Made by a program: the position numbers and the translations under genes. This document shows positions 21,325 through 34,197 of a DNA stretch of 64,000 bases, piece by piece. The stretch comes from Babesia bigemina (Eukaryota): positions 744,001 to 808,000 of the forward strand of contig NC_027219.1 of NCBI RefSeq assembly GCF_000981445.1, read 5' to 3'. Under the pieces are notes generated by a model. It was not told where the DNA came from, did not search any database, and saw only the letters and a list, made by a program, of their open reading frames with translations. Positions within the stretch are counted from its first letter, which is position 1. Every line of letters begins with the position of its first letter.

Positions 21325-23051
21325 CTTATCCGTTTACTTCCGCACAGCTCACACCGGTTGTACTCCCGTACAATTCACTGCAACGTAGGAACCGCAGGGA
21401 CGCGCCGGCGACTCCGAAGGCAAGCCTCCTGCAGGCAATGTCGATGAGTGTTTTCTAGAATCATACACCTGGATCTGACCATCAGTCAAACCATGTGTAA
21501 ACGACAGGACTACCAGCAGCCAATTTCTCTGCCAAATACGTCATGTAAATGCGTGCCAAAATGCATAGAAGCAACTAGGGCAGCCCGACGTATCTCAGGG
21601 AGCGCCAAATCGGATCCGCCCACGGCGCTGAAAAAACACAGGACCAGCAGCAGTAGTCGAATTTTTACATCGCGAGCATGGATATACCGCATGGAAGATA
21701 GTTTCGAGCAACTTCAGTCCCTAATTCCAACCGAAGGCCAACACACCGTCGACACACGCTGGCAAAGCGGACGTCGATAACCTGCCAGAAGTCGCCTGAA
21801 CATGCGCCGCAGCACAAATCCAGTTTACTAGATATGATTGAGGCCTCAACAACGTCGCTGCATACTGCTGATAGACATGTTAACCTTTTCATGTACCTCA
21901 AGGATTCCACAAAAACGAAAAGTCAAAGACCATCAAAGCAAAATTTAATCGGCACATAATAAATGCACGCGTATTGCGCCGGATCCCAAATTTTAACGAG
22001 TACATCACCCCTCACTGCAACGGGGTAGCTTCAACCGACGCCAGCAACTCTGGGCGACGAAGCAGCGGATCGCCGAAAAGGTGATTTATGCGCCTGATGA
22101 TAGCGTTTTTCGTGTGCGCAATACGCTAGTGTTGAGGTGATAATCGTGGAGGAATATTTGTGAGGGTGCGCAAGGGAAGAAGCGCTGTGGCAAACGCATA
22201 TTCTGGAGGCATGCCATGCGTGACTGCAACAACACACAACAGACGTGCAGAATCAGCAGTATCGCGTTGTGGAAAGGCGATTTTTTCGAGACTAACGGTG
22301 TACGTGAGGTATGCCGCTGGTGCAGCTGTAAGGCGCTAGCACACAGCTGGTATGCCGATGTACGCGCGGGGTGCCGAGCTAGTGCGGGGTGGTATTATCT
22401 GTTACAAGCAGGGAGGTCCGTCCTCCAAACCGTACGCTCACATCCAGGTTATCAGAGGGAACCAGGGTGCGTTTCTGGGTGGGCACGTATTTGGCCGTGT
22501 TGCATGCCAGACATAAAAATTGGGTAATCCCGGGGTACATGCCGAAAAACAAAGTTCACGAATAATGAGTCATAAAACGACCGATTAAACCGCAAAGAGT
22601 ATCTCTAGGCTGGAAACACCGAAGCACGATGAGAGCGCGCCCATAAAGCACAAAAAGCGACGTCGCACTCGCGGTACGTTGGCAACACTGTCAACCATTA
22701 GGGCGATAGATACGTTGTAGTTGGTACGTTAAGTAGCTGTGGAAGTGTAGCAGGAGGCCGTAAGCGCGCAAACGCGCACGGCGGGATGGTTTTTCACTGT
22801 ATTATAAAGCGGCGGAACGAAGGAGGCGAGGCTCCCGTAGTCTTGACGATTGGTACAATAGGGCACGATAGACCTCAGTTGGTACATGGGTCTCGACGGA
22901 AGTCGCAGACGGCTTAAAGCAACCAGAGAAACATAGACAATGGAAGGTGTAGCGCCCCCATAACAACAACAATCCGATATTTGAGGAACAGTCTCTTGCA
23001 GCAAACGCTGACATGACACGCCAGTTCAATGACGGTGAATTTAAAAGATCT

Positions 23052-25340
23052 TCAGGCGTTGTTAGCACGAGGCTCAGCAGGCAGCCTGGAGTCCTCGACG
23101 CCGTAAGCGAGGCTAGATATGGCCATCTTGACGTTCCGAACGGAGGCCTCATCCAGCTTGAGCATGTCCGATATGTCGTGGTGCAGAGAAACCATATTCG
23201 GTGTGAGCTCTTCGGTCTTCGCGCCTACGAACTCAGTGCTGTCTGCGGTCGTGCAGGCCGACATAACACGCCTCTTGAACATCTCATCCAATTTCTCACC
23301 CTCCTTGCCGGGGACCCAAGCTGCAGCGCCGGTGTGCTCCTTCAGAGTGCGAACGGGCGTGTGCACTTCGGTGTTGCAGTAGTTTTGTCCGTCAAAAGCC
23401 TTGATTGCATTGGAATCACAGCTGTCCAAAGTTGGCGTCGGTGCGGTCTCCTGATTAAACTCGTCCGCATTCTCGGTAGACGAATGGTCAACGGGCCTGT
23501 TCCTGACAACCGGCGATTCAACATCCGTTACTGCCATCTGAAACGTGCGTTCATTCTGTCTAGGCGTCGTGTTCATGCGTTTCACTGCCGTGACGACACC
23601 AGCAGGCAACGTCACTGGGGACATCACACTTGTAGGGGTGGCCGCAGAAGTTGAAACCTCAGGAGTCACTTCAGATACAACAGGTTCCGTAGCAACACGC
23701 TTAGCACCTTCTCCAGTACCGTCGTATGGCTGGACAGTAGGACGATAAACGCCGTCCTTACCGATGGCTCGGCGGTGCTCAATGGCCATCGCGCGTGCCT
23801 CGTAGAACCCGTGACGGCTGACCTTGAAAGCCTTCTTGCGGTTGCGACCCTTCTCGGTCCACCACGCAGTCCACGAATTGTCACTGCGGCAATAGCACAC
23901 GCCGCGAACCTTCTCGACCTGCGTTGCCATAATGGCGTACTTGTCAGCCTCCAGCAGTCCCGTTGACCGCCCGTTCAACACGACACGCGGCTGCGGTGGT
24001 GCAGTTTCGGCAGGCCGCACACGGCCGTATTGGCAGTTCACAGTAATGTTCTTCAGCAAGCTGGCAGCCCTGGGGTCGCTGTCGGGCGAAAAGGGCCTGT
24101 CGCCGTAGGTGAACGATCCCCTGCGTCCGTACACCAGAATATCCCGAGGCGTGATGATTGCGTTGGGAACCACTCTTGCTCCAGCGTCCAGGAACGGATT
24201 GCTTTCTCCATCGGCAATCCGGTCGTTACCTAGGACGTCGACATTCCCAACGTACACCAGACGGGGACCTGACTTGATGTCGTCGGCATCGGCATACAGA
24301 TGCGCCATTTGATCAGTTCTACACGCACCGGGTACAGGACGTGGCATGGCAAGGCCGTATGTCGGACGCTTGGTGAGCGGCGAAGAGTGATGCTGGTCGT
24401 AGTCCGGATGCATATACGAAGGGTTGGAGACGAAGGCTCGCTTAGCCACAGGTGCGTCCGTCTCGAGAGCCGGATAACAAGGAACCAAAACGGTGCTCCC
24501 TGATCCATCGCCGACGTCGTGATAGATGGCACGGGCATCGACCGAATGATCGGCCAATGGAGCTCGGCGCTTGCCGACCCTGGAGGGATGTATTGGCTCG
24601 GCGAATGGCGACCCGGAATTGACGTGTCCTGGAGATGGTAACGCTACTGGCGATCTGTGGACGCAATGAGGCGACATCTGGCATTGCATCGTGGCGAGTG
24701 CTTGGGGTTGCGCATGTGATGAGTATGTTTCAGAGTGAGCGCCTTGAGAGCAATGTCCTTCAGGGACGCAAACTGGAGAGGAGTGACGATTCTGCGAATA
24801 AAACGGCTGAGATTGTGCACTGCCGTCGATGCAAAGCACTGGACGAACATCCAAAGAACCGTCGTATTCCCCAGATTGCTCCGGAAGTTGCAGCTGTGGC
24901 CTCACGTGCATCTGCACCTGCTGCTGCTGATCTTGGAGTGGGTAGTCGCATACTGCCGGAGCGGCGTGCCCGAGATGCCCGTTGCTACGCATTCGAGGCG
25001 CCGGGTGGCAGCCCAACGCAACCGGGAATGAAGGTTGAAGCGCACTTGGAGACGAGTAGCAAGGAGCCATAGCTGGTGACATGACGCCGAGGGAATCCGC
25101 CCGAAGAAGGCCAAAATTGTCGTACGTATCCTTCACGCTTCCACCAGAACTGATAGAACCCTCTGCGTTGCCCTGCCATGTCTTAATGCACTTCAACAGA
25201 TTTCCTATGCTTCCGTTGCTCTCCATACTCGACGTGCCCAACGAGTACACTCCCGTAGGAGCGTGATGGGAGAAGGACTCATTTCCGGAGACGCCATAAG
25301 GGCTGTAACTTGAATTGTAATTACCTGACGGGTCGTACAT
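23052..25340 (-). CDS. ApiAP2 transcription factor (single AP2 domain)
   Basis: Intronless 762-aa low-complexity ORF with AP2 domain VRGVCYCRSDNSWTAWWTEKGRNRKKAFKVSRHGFYEARAMAIEHRR. Confidence 0.92.
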   Translation of the reverse strand: MYDPSGNYNSSYSPYGVSGNESFSHHAPTGVYSLGTSSMESNGSIGNLLKCIKTWQGNAEGSISSGGSVKDTYDNFGLLRADSLGVMSPAMAPCYSSPSALQPSFPVALGCHPAPRMRSNGHLGHAAPAVCDYPLQDQQQQVQMHVRPQLQLPEQSGEYDGSLDVRPVLCIDGSAQSQPFYSQNRHSSPVCVPEGHCSQGAHSETYSSHAQPQALATMQCQMSPHCVHRSPVALPSPGHVNSGSPFAEPIHPSRVGKRRAPLADHSVDARAIYHDVGDGSGSTVLVPCYPALETDAPVAKRAFVSNPSYMHPDYDQHHSSPLTKRPTYGLAMPRPVPGACRTDQMAHLYADADDIKSGPRLVYVGNVDVLGNDRIADGESNPFLDAGARVVPNAIITPRDILVYGRRGSFTYGDRPFSPDSDPRAASLLKNITVNCQYGRVRPAETAPPQPRVVLNGRSTGLLEADKYAIMATQVEKVRGVCYCRSDNSWTAWWTEKGRNRKKAFKVSRHGFYEARAMAIEHRRAIGKDGVYRPTVQPYDGTGEGAKRVATEPVVSEVTPEVSTSAATPTSVMSPVTLPAGVVTAVKRMNTTPRQNERTFQMAVTDVESPVVRNRPVDHSSTENADEFNQETAPTPTLDSCDSNAIKAFDGQNYCNTEVHTPVRTLKEHTGAAAWVPGKEGEKLDEMFKRRVMSACTTADSTEFVGAKTEELTPNMVSLHHDISDMLKLDEASVRNVKMAISSLAYGVEDSRLPAEPRANNA

Positions 25341-26941
25341 AATTGCTGAAAATCTGTCTTATATGGTACAATACACCGCTATATCCTCAGTCCTCGACCT
25401 TTTCAATATATAGTTGAAAAGTTGAATATCCAGAAAATGAGATGGTGAGCTGATCGAAATTCCAAATATTAAGAGACGAGAAGATGATCTTCACGTGATT
25501 CGAAGAAGCGATGCACAATTTCGACGAAACCTTAAAAACGGTGAGTTGCCGAAACCACGTGAATATCGCGATGTAGGTACCCACTAGGCGACTAAGAATC
25601 CACCTTCTGATTGTTTTTACAGCGTACAAATGTACCTTCAGATGGTTGTTTACCTCTAAATGTCAGGGAAGTGTAAATATACAAATCCTAGCAATGCTTC
25701 AGCCGGCGTAGACGAGCATCCATTCATTAAACGTTACCTATTACGTCTAAAATCCTAAGACACACAATTGTGCTATCGCGATTTTCAAGGCGCTTAGGAA
25801 GAGTATTCCGGAGGAGAGTCTTGCTAGAAGAAAACCCCTTCCAAATATTATAAAATACAACTATCTTCGTCACACCTCGATCAACCTAAAAGATCTCGCA
25901 GGCTGACGGAAATATCGACGCTTCTTGATGTAACGCGGAAGGACGACGCAGGCGATGCTGAAGCGTACAGCACAAAAATGCGTACAAATGGCACCGCGGA
26001 TATCAGCCCACGATACTCGACTTCAGCGAAACCGAAATGCAGATCTGGCGAATCAAGTAGCCAGATGAATCTTGAAAACAGGAAGACAACCTATTAAACC
26101 AAAAAATTAGCCAATCGCGCCCAAATTCCTCGTACAAACGATGTGGCGCGCGCGAGCGGCCCAAAGGCGAACAAAAGTTAATAGCCGGCAGAGGCCATGG
26201 CTGCTCTGCGGTCCAAACGTTGCCTGTATTGACGTGACAAAAAAAATTCCACCTGCAGGCCAGATCGCCGTAGGCCAAAAGTAGTACACCGAAGAAGCAC
26301 ACAGAATACTCCTGATGCGACCCTCACCCGTGGTAAAAGCGATGCGAAGCAGTAGAGGATATTCTTCTTGCCGAAAAAACGCAACTTTAACCGGTGAATC
26401 AATGATTCATCGAAAACGACATTACTTGTAACGACAGCCCCAAATCGACAGCACCCGCATGTCGACCACGCCACCGGTACAGCGAGAGAACGATTGATGA
26501 ATCACCGGTATTATTACTGTTTTTCAAGTAAGCCTAACAAGAAGCGGTCCCCACCCCTGGAGCGTCAGCGCCCACCACTGTCACCGCGACGTCACGACAC
26601 CACACATAAACATGCCACTGGCACGTGCATTGAATCGTATGCGACTATCGCATAAACAGTACAAACAAAGTGCTCCGAGTGCAACTATGTTTTACTCAAT
26701 TTGCAGACTGCGAACACGCGGCCGCCACAGGTGCGGTCGACGCGAGGCTGCGCCGGACGACACCGGACGCATGATTTTTGTAAACGTTCCAGCGATCGAA
26801 ACGCGGGGTGCAAAGGCATTTGCTAGCGTTTAGTTAAAATATGGCCACGTGGCGGATCAAAATCGGTCCGCAGGTCGTCGGACAACCAGTGCATCAACCC
26901 ATGACGTATAGCATTAGCACAGCCAAGGTTACTCTAAAGTC

Positions 26942-27208
26942 TCAGTTGCGCCACGAAGGGCACAACTTGTCCAACAAAGCTACATAGGCTGCCTTCGCGG
27001 CCTCCTGCGCCATGCCGCGGACGCTGTCCCAGGCCTCCCACTTGTATTTCTGCTGCAATTGGAAGAAGCCCGGTTTGGCTATGTTACAGTCGCCAATCGT
27101 GGCCTGCTTGAAGTACTTGTAGAAAGACAGTTTATCTTCGTCGGTGGCGGTGAAGCCCGTGCCATTGGAGATGAATTTGACGGCGGCCTCGAAGAGAGTG
27201 TCCGACAT
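26942..27208 (-). CDS. ACBP: Acyl-CoA-binding protein
   Basis: FEAAVKF…KLSFYKYFKQATIGD…KWEAW…AKAAYV; 88 aa. Confidence 0.95.
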   Translation of the reverse strand: MSDTLFEAAVKFISNGTGFTATDEDKLSFYKYFKQATIGDCNIAKPGFFQLQQKYKWEAWDSVRGMAQEAAKAAYVALLDKLCPSWRN

Positions 27209-27424
27209 TGTCACCAGGTCCCGTTCTCTTTGGTAATGTTGTCAGCTGAAGACGAGTGCGAAGAAGCTCGATCGGCGATGGTGCCAACGATACACACACG
27301 CGAAAGAAATGGCGGACGACACAGCGCGCAGAGCTGGGTGGCCCCCCAATGTGGATTGCCGAGCTCGTCACGATTCCACGTGGTCACAGCGGTCAAATAC
27401 GCGCCGACAAACGTAAAACCTGTT

Positions 27425-27848
27425 CTACCTTATTTCCTTGTGCAAAGTGTGGCGGCGCAGATACTTGTTGTATTTCATGAGCTCCAGCCGCTCCGGGGTG
27501 TTCGCCTTGTTCTTAGACGTGTAATACCGCGACGGCTGCAAACCCAGCTTACGCGCCTCGGTACACTCTAGCGTAATCAACACGCGTGCACTCTTGCGTC
27601 GCTTAGCGCCAATCTCGAACCGCGTCGCTGCACAACGGTCAGATACGATTATACACACTAGCGGTGATATGAGCGGCATCAGCGCGCCCTGAGTCGCGCA
27701 CACATAAAACAGATCGTCAACACTTACTTGGGCGGTCGTAGGCGTTCTGCCGGGCGCCTGGCGATAGCGGATTGAAGCACGTCGCGGAGCTCAGCGCGGC
27801 CAGCAGAAGGATGGAAATACACGCGTACAGGTGTCCCAAAACGCCCAT
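27425..27848 (-). CDS. rpl33: Apicoplast-targeted 50S ribosomal protein L33, 3 exons
   Basis: Signal peptide [24 protein letters not shown], a transit-like linker, then [17 protein letters not shown]…[33 protein letters not shown]. Confidence 0.9.
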
Positions 27849-28080
27849 AACATGGGAAGTGACTGGCGGAAAGCGGTGAATGCTAACCTCGACCAAACAA
27901 TCTCCGCCACAAAATTATATCGGCACCAGGGCCACCTAAAGTAAACGTCCTTCACGACGCAGACACCCGCACATGGGCCTCAATGCGGCCTGTAGTGTTC
28001 TCCAATATTGATCTTCACCGCGTGAGGCGTTAGAATCCGCCACAGTTATCTCAAAGACGCTGGCACGGCCAACCGCCAAA

Positions 28081-30363
28081 ATGCCGCCAATGAAACTCGA
28101 CCTGGCGTCACAAATCGGCATATACAGGCAGAGAAATCTGCGAAAACTAGCTGAGCGCAGCGTACATAAACAGGAAGGTACGGTCGCGAAAACGATCTGC
28201 CGGCCTGTATCGGACCTGCTCGACGCGGTGCTCAGAGCCGGCGTCAGCGCTCTGCAGTGGGTGGGCTCGGAATCCAAGCCCGGAGGGTCTAGACAGGAGC
28301 CAGAAGGGAGAAACACGACGCCTGATGAGATGAGAGCAGCGAAGTTCGATCTGGATCGCGCTTTGAAGGCCCTAAGCAAGCTCAAGGGTGGCAACAATCG
28401 GCAGGTTAATGCGCAGCAACGAGCCACGTATTCGACAATGGCCAGCAGCAGAATGGGTAATCAGCACCAAAACGGTTATTAACGCGTTATAGCCGGCAGG
28501 CAAGCGGCCTCCGCAAGCAACATAACCAGACACATGGAGGGATTTACACGCTTTACCCAGTCTGCCGATGCCGCGTGCAGCAGTGCGTTGTTATACCGGC
28601 CGGACGCACAGACGCACCGCAGAAGATTTTCCAGCAGCAGCAATGGTAAGCGGGCAACAGCGCCTCTCAACTGACATGAGTAGGCAGCCGCAAAATGAAC
28701 CAAAACGCAGTGCCAGCTGACAGGTTCTCGAGGGTTGCCAACATCGCAGGTAGGAAGTGCAATTAAACGAAATAACGAATACAGGCCTCATGATTAATGT
28801 GGCATCGACGACGGCGAAGCAGGCCGTGCAGCGCTACATGCAGGTGGGAGCCGAACGGCGATGGACGCTGACGACGGTGCAGGGAGAGAGGGGCAACGTC
28901 ATACAGCAGGCAATGGCGAGCGACGAGAACGTGAAACTGCTCGTCGACTGCCTTTGCAAAATGCGGGGTGAGCACGGAAATGACAGCCTAATACGGCCCC
29001 AGGGACAGCGCTTAAGTTCGGCCAGCTCCTCAGCCTGCAGTATGGCATACTGCCGGAGAGCATCAGGAGAGCCCTCGTCGACGTCAGACACAGGGCCGAC
29101 GTCATGCCTGAAGAGCAGGTCATACAGGTGTGCAAAACGATGCTGTGTGGCAAGGTGTGCAGATTCTCCGAAACGAGCTTGGAGACGGCTGGCGGGACAA
29201 GTTTGAGGTCTTCGACTTGCAGCCGATGGCCAGCGCTTCGCTGGGGCAGGTAGGCGTATCCTCCGGTGCGGCCAATGGGTGCAGGTGCACAGCGCAGTCA
29301 CAAAGGACGGGAGACGAGTTTGCGTTAAAGTGCAATTTCCAGGCGTCGCCGACTCAATCGACAGCGATGTTGCAAACCTGATCTTCATATGCACCAAGAC
29401 GAACCTCATACCCAAAAACTTCTTCATCAAACAGTTCGCAAGGGAGCTCAAGGTCGAACTCACGACGGAGTGCGACTACGGAAATGAAGCCAGCTTCTAC
29501 AAAATATTCAAACAGCTGCAACTGGAGGGATTCTCTGTGCCCGATGTGATTGACGAGGTGTCAACCAGAAGGGTAATCACCACGGAATTTGTTCCAGGGG
29601 TGGGCGGATTCCATAGGATCTGACTCTGTGGCAGGTGCCGGTGGAAGACTGCAAGCACCTTCCGCAACACGTTAGGGATTCCATAGGAGACCGACTGTTG
29701 CGAATTTCGCTCTCAGAGTTGTTCATATTTGGTCTTATGAACACGGTAGGACGCACGGAAAGCACAAACACGCCATTTAGGACCCCAACCCCAGCAACTA
29801 CCTCTACGACGAAAAGACGGATCTCATCGGGCTGATAGACTTCGGGTCATGTGGGTGGACACTGGCGTTAATGTGCGTGGAACGTGCTGCAGGCAGGTCG
29901 TTTAACCCAGAATTTGTAAGAGAGTACTCCAAGCTGGTACTCGCCTCAGTGGATGAGGTAAGCGCAGCACGCGCATCACACCATCGAAAACGCACGCAGG
30001 ACACAGAAAAGATTGTATCGCTCTCAAGGTCGCTGGGGTTCCTCGGCGACGAGGACACGGATGAGATGGTGAGGCACCACGTGGAGTCCGTGCTCATAAC
30101 CGGGGAGCCATTCCGCCATGACGGACGGTTCGACTTCAGAAAACACGACATCATACAACAGGTCAGGTGCCTATAAGAATTAACATATAGTCCGACAGTG
30201 CCGAGAAAAGGCGTCAATCATTCTCAAAATTCGAAAGCAACCGCCGCCTCCGGAGGTATACTCACTACACAGAAAGCTGGCCGGGTGTTACGTAATCTGC
30301 CAGCTTCTCGGCGCCCACGTGGACGCTAAAAGCATTTTCGAGACAATATCACAGGCCCTTTAA
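28081..30363 (+). CDS. COQ8: ABC1/UbiB atypical kinase, COQ8-like, multi-exon
   Basis: LCKMRG…ALKFGQ, PMASASLGQ|VH, VKVQFPGVADSIDSD, TDPNPSNYLY, IDFG, and C-terminal PPPEVYSLHRKLAG. Start codon is approximate. Confidence 0.9.
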
Positions 30364-31709
30364 GTAGATTCAGCTGTGCACACGAAACGTAGCAGCAGCA
30401 CTGATATATTGTCCTGGGCATGTTTGGTGTTCAGAGCGTGGTTCACCAAATCCTTACAAACCTTATGCAGGTTTACAAATGGATTGCGAGGGTCGGCCTT
30501 GGCACGAGCTTCCTCCTGCGCAACGTTGAAGCGACGCATTAAAGACGAGGGTTCTTAAGCCGCATGTAAAACACAGTACACCCACCTCCTTAATGAACGT
30601 AAGAGCGTTGCGGCACGCCTCGCGCGGGTCGTAGGCACCCCAAAATCCGTCGCATCCGACCAAAATGAACTCGTCAGCATTCATGTCGAGTGCTGCCCGA
30701 CGCAGTGAACCTGTGCACTTGACGCCGAAACGCTTCAAGCTGCGCATATGATGACAAAATGGACACTGTCAATAACCTCAGGTCCCCAAACGAACGAGAC
30801 ACCTCGAGCACCCCGTTAATCCTCCCTCCTTCTACAGTACCTCCATAGTGTAAGACTCGCTCCTTCTCCTTCTGTGACCATGCCTTGTGCACCTCGTTCA
30901 GAGGAATCGCTGCATATCGTGCGCAACACCAGAGCCGCAGCGGCACCAACCGTGTACAGCGCCCTGCAACCTTCGGCACATGTATGCCGACGAGTCGCCC
31001 AGGTTCATCACGAACACGCGATTGCGTCCGACGAACACCAGCAGAGCCGTGCATCCATCTGCATGTATGTGAGTTGTGAAGTGTAACAAGCATCTTGCGA
31101 AATCGAAAGGGCGATGCATAATCAACCTAGGCTGGAAGTTCTCACTTACCAGTACAGTTCGGTAACTCGTTCGCGATCCTACTGTCCAGCCGGGAGCAGG
31201 CAGCATTGACGGACTGCGAAAGGTCGAAGAAACCCCGAAGCAACCAACCTTCTTCAACAACAACTCCGAAAATTTCGAACCATTGTCCTTACTATTACGC
31301 AAATGCTGGACCAACTGGTTCGCGACCTCTTTTAGCAGGTGCTCCTTAGCGAAAGCCGCGCAGCTCCGGCCTCCGTGACCGTCGAACAAACCGCAGACAC
31401 TGCACGGGCATGAGCATAAATTATAGCCATACAAAACATACAGAAACTCATAAGTGGGTGGAAGGTCGCTGTTCAATGCCGAGAGAGATGGGCAGACGAC
31501 ACATTCGTCATCCATAGATTTCCGAACACCCTTTTCGCCGTAGAAGTCGACCAAGACATAACCGCCATCTAATGGCACAACATGTAAAACAACCAAGAAA
31601 GCATACCAATCATAGTTGCTACCGTGCTGGTCTGCCGAAGCCAGCTCAGCGCGGACTGAGTCATGGGCTTCTCCGACGCGTCTAGCGCGCGGAGAAGCAC
31701 GTTACTCAT
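30360..31709 (-). CDS. PP2C/PPM protein phosphatase, multi-exon
   Basis: GVRKSMDD, GLFDGHGG, DGCTA, NLGDS, RINGVLEVSRSFGD, ILVGCDGFW and AQDNISVLLL. Confidence 0.9.
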
Positions 31710-31804
31710 GTTTCTACCTTCGTCTAGCTACTGTGACAATTTTGCCAGATTCGGCGCTGCATACATCAGGAATATTACGAGGCATGTCCCCACCAACAGC
31801 ACGC

Positions 31805-33543
31805 TCAGCAGGGGCCGTAACGCTCAATGTCTTCCTTGCAGCTCATAAAGTGCTCCAAAATGCCATATATGCGGTCATTACCCCTGTCTGATGTGGCATG
31901 TATGACGCATGACAGCTAAATCTGACCATTGCTTTTGAAGATGTTGTATATATGGCGAATATCGCTCAATTCTAAGTCTATGCCCTTCTTCTGCACGACC
32001 ACGCCTACAAAGCTGTCTGCTTCGACTACTGACCACGTACCTAGTTGTTTCCATGCTTTTTCGTGATAGATGCGCAACGCATCAAGGTTGCATATCGCAC
32101 TGTACATTTGTGGCGCGTGCATCTGCACGGCGCGTTTTTCCAGCCAATGCGCAATCTGATAGACAATTCGTGGATCCCTAACTCTTAGCGTGCGTATGCT
32201 TGACAGAATTGCGCTAAGCATGTTTGAATTAAATGAGTGATCCAGACGTAGGTAGCGTGACGCCTCGCAGAGCTCGTCCACAACGGACGGCTCGGAAAGT
32301 CCGGTTAAGCACAAGGCCTCCCACATACTAGTTATCCCCTGCATCGGCAATGAGGCAAAACCGTAATAGCGCAGTTTTCGGTGACGTACGCGCCGCAACC
32401 GTCGCGAAGACAAGGCGAGGTCCCGCGACGGTGCATGCGGGGAGGCACGAAAATACCGATTAACACGCCCTAGTCAAAGGCAAATACGGACCTGTGCTGT
32501 CAAAGTAAGCTTTCCTAGTCGCGATAACTCCAACAGCTGCTCCACAAGCAGCTTGACAGTGTCCCGGTCGCGAGGCACTAGCACCGCCAACGCCTTGGCA
32601 GACATGCATAGGTCATGGGTTACGTTGCTGTAGAACATGCCTGGACGCGATTTCGACGCAATCAATGCCAACGCCTACGATCTTTGTCCATGTAAAGCCG
32701 CGCTGTTTCGTCCAGATCGCAGTTGGGGTCCCGCAGAGCCGATAACAACGATTGCAGCGTGCCCAGCACGACTCCACGAAGCGCGCCTATTTCGTGAGGG
32801 ACACGTCTCTACAGATGAAATTCGCCTCCTCCCGCATCATACCCACCTCTACCTTCGCAAAACTCCAGAGCAGCAGCGCAACGTCGGTTAGGGAGCCCCG
32901 ATCGTCCCGATAGAAGTACGCCTCGGCTGATGGCAAATTCACAACGCAGCAAAACAACGCACCTATGCGGTCAAACAGCTCCTGGAAGTAGACATTGCTT
33001 TTCGCATAACTCCAGCCTATCAGGCACAGCTGCTTGACACTCAGATCATCGAGGCTGCTTTTCAGGTGGTCTTCGTAAATGCGAACCAGGGCAGGCGTAT
33101 AACCAATAACAGCGAATCTGCAACGAAATGTGACTTTATGGAAGATGGAGAACCCACCTGTGCACCACCAAGTGTAAAGCTCCACCAAAAATGGGCAGAT
33201 TCGAGCACACGAAATCGCCGTACTCCCGAAGCAGCGGACTTGACAAGCTGAAGTTACGCAGCGAACGCATGTATGACAGAGAAGCGATGATGTCCCGTTT
33301 GCCCAGCGTATCTGGAGTATGATGCCGGCGAGGGCCGATGCTGCACCTACCACGGTTGTCCAGGCAGTAGTTCAGCAGGTCCTCGAAGTGGCTCAGACGC
33401 TCCATGTAACGTGAGTGAGGTGTGTCTGCTGTCCATCGCAGGATCTTGGCGCTGCGCAGCTGCCGCAACAGCCAAAACGGCGCACATGGCGACCATCTAG
33501 CGAGGAAGCCGGTGTCGCAGCGAGCCAGCGCGATGTGTAGCAT
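31805..33543 (-). CDS. Helical-repeat (RAP/HPR-type) organellar RNA-binding-like protein, multi-exon
   Basis: Repeated helical motifs LSVKQLCLIGWSYAK, LTDVALLLWSFAK and HDLCMSAKALAVL, plus an Arg-rich N-terminus. Exon structure only partly resolved. Confidence 0.6.
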
Positions 33544-33758
33544 CCCAAAGCACGCAGCGGTCGGCGTGCACGGCGGCACGATTCACACGAACGAGGCCGC
33601 TAGCGCATCCTTCCAAATTATATTTCGCAATAATATGCACTTAAACGTCACTTGGCGCGTTCATAATGTGGAATATACGTGTTGGAGGCCGAGGAGACCG
33701 CACAAGCGTTGCACATGGTAAGGGTGTAACGCACTGAGCTGAGAACTCCTCTGGACGC

Positions 33759-34185
33759 ATGGCACGCTATTTTTCCGCCTTAGTCGCGACAGTGGTCGTC
33801 TTGGAGGTGGCGTCGGCCTTCAGGATCCCAGTAGACAGCGGAGGGAGAGCGCCCATTAGGCCGAACTGCCTCAGGGCGACACACGACAAGTCACTGCTGG
33901 ACATCAACCCTCAAAACGTCGAGAAGGTGCTCGACCTGGTACGACCGCAGCTTGCAGCTGACGGCGGAGGGGTGTCGCTCGCCGGAATAGATGATCATGA
34001 GATCTCAATCAAGGTATGTTACCCCGAGCCGGCAACAGAAAAACAAAGCAAAGCAGTTTGATGGCGCCTGCAAAGCATGCCCGCATCGCGTGGGGACCGT
34101 AAAGGGGGTCATAGAGGCGACACTGGCCAGGTTCATGCGGACTACGGGCGGAAAACAAATTACAGTTAAGCTGGTTGAAAACTGA
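33759..34185 (+). CDS. NFU: NifU/NFU-like Fe-S scaffold, likely apicoplast-targeted; intron 34014-34056
   Basis: Signal peptide followed by VEKVLDLVRPQLAADGGGV…K|FDGACKACP (CxxC). Confidence 0.9.
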
Positions 34186-34197
34186 ACCGAAACGCAG

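Noticed and set aside
26099..26110. Sm-site-like AATTTTTTGG on the minus strand
   Set aside because: No U1, U2, U4 or U5 hallmark sequences nearby.
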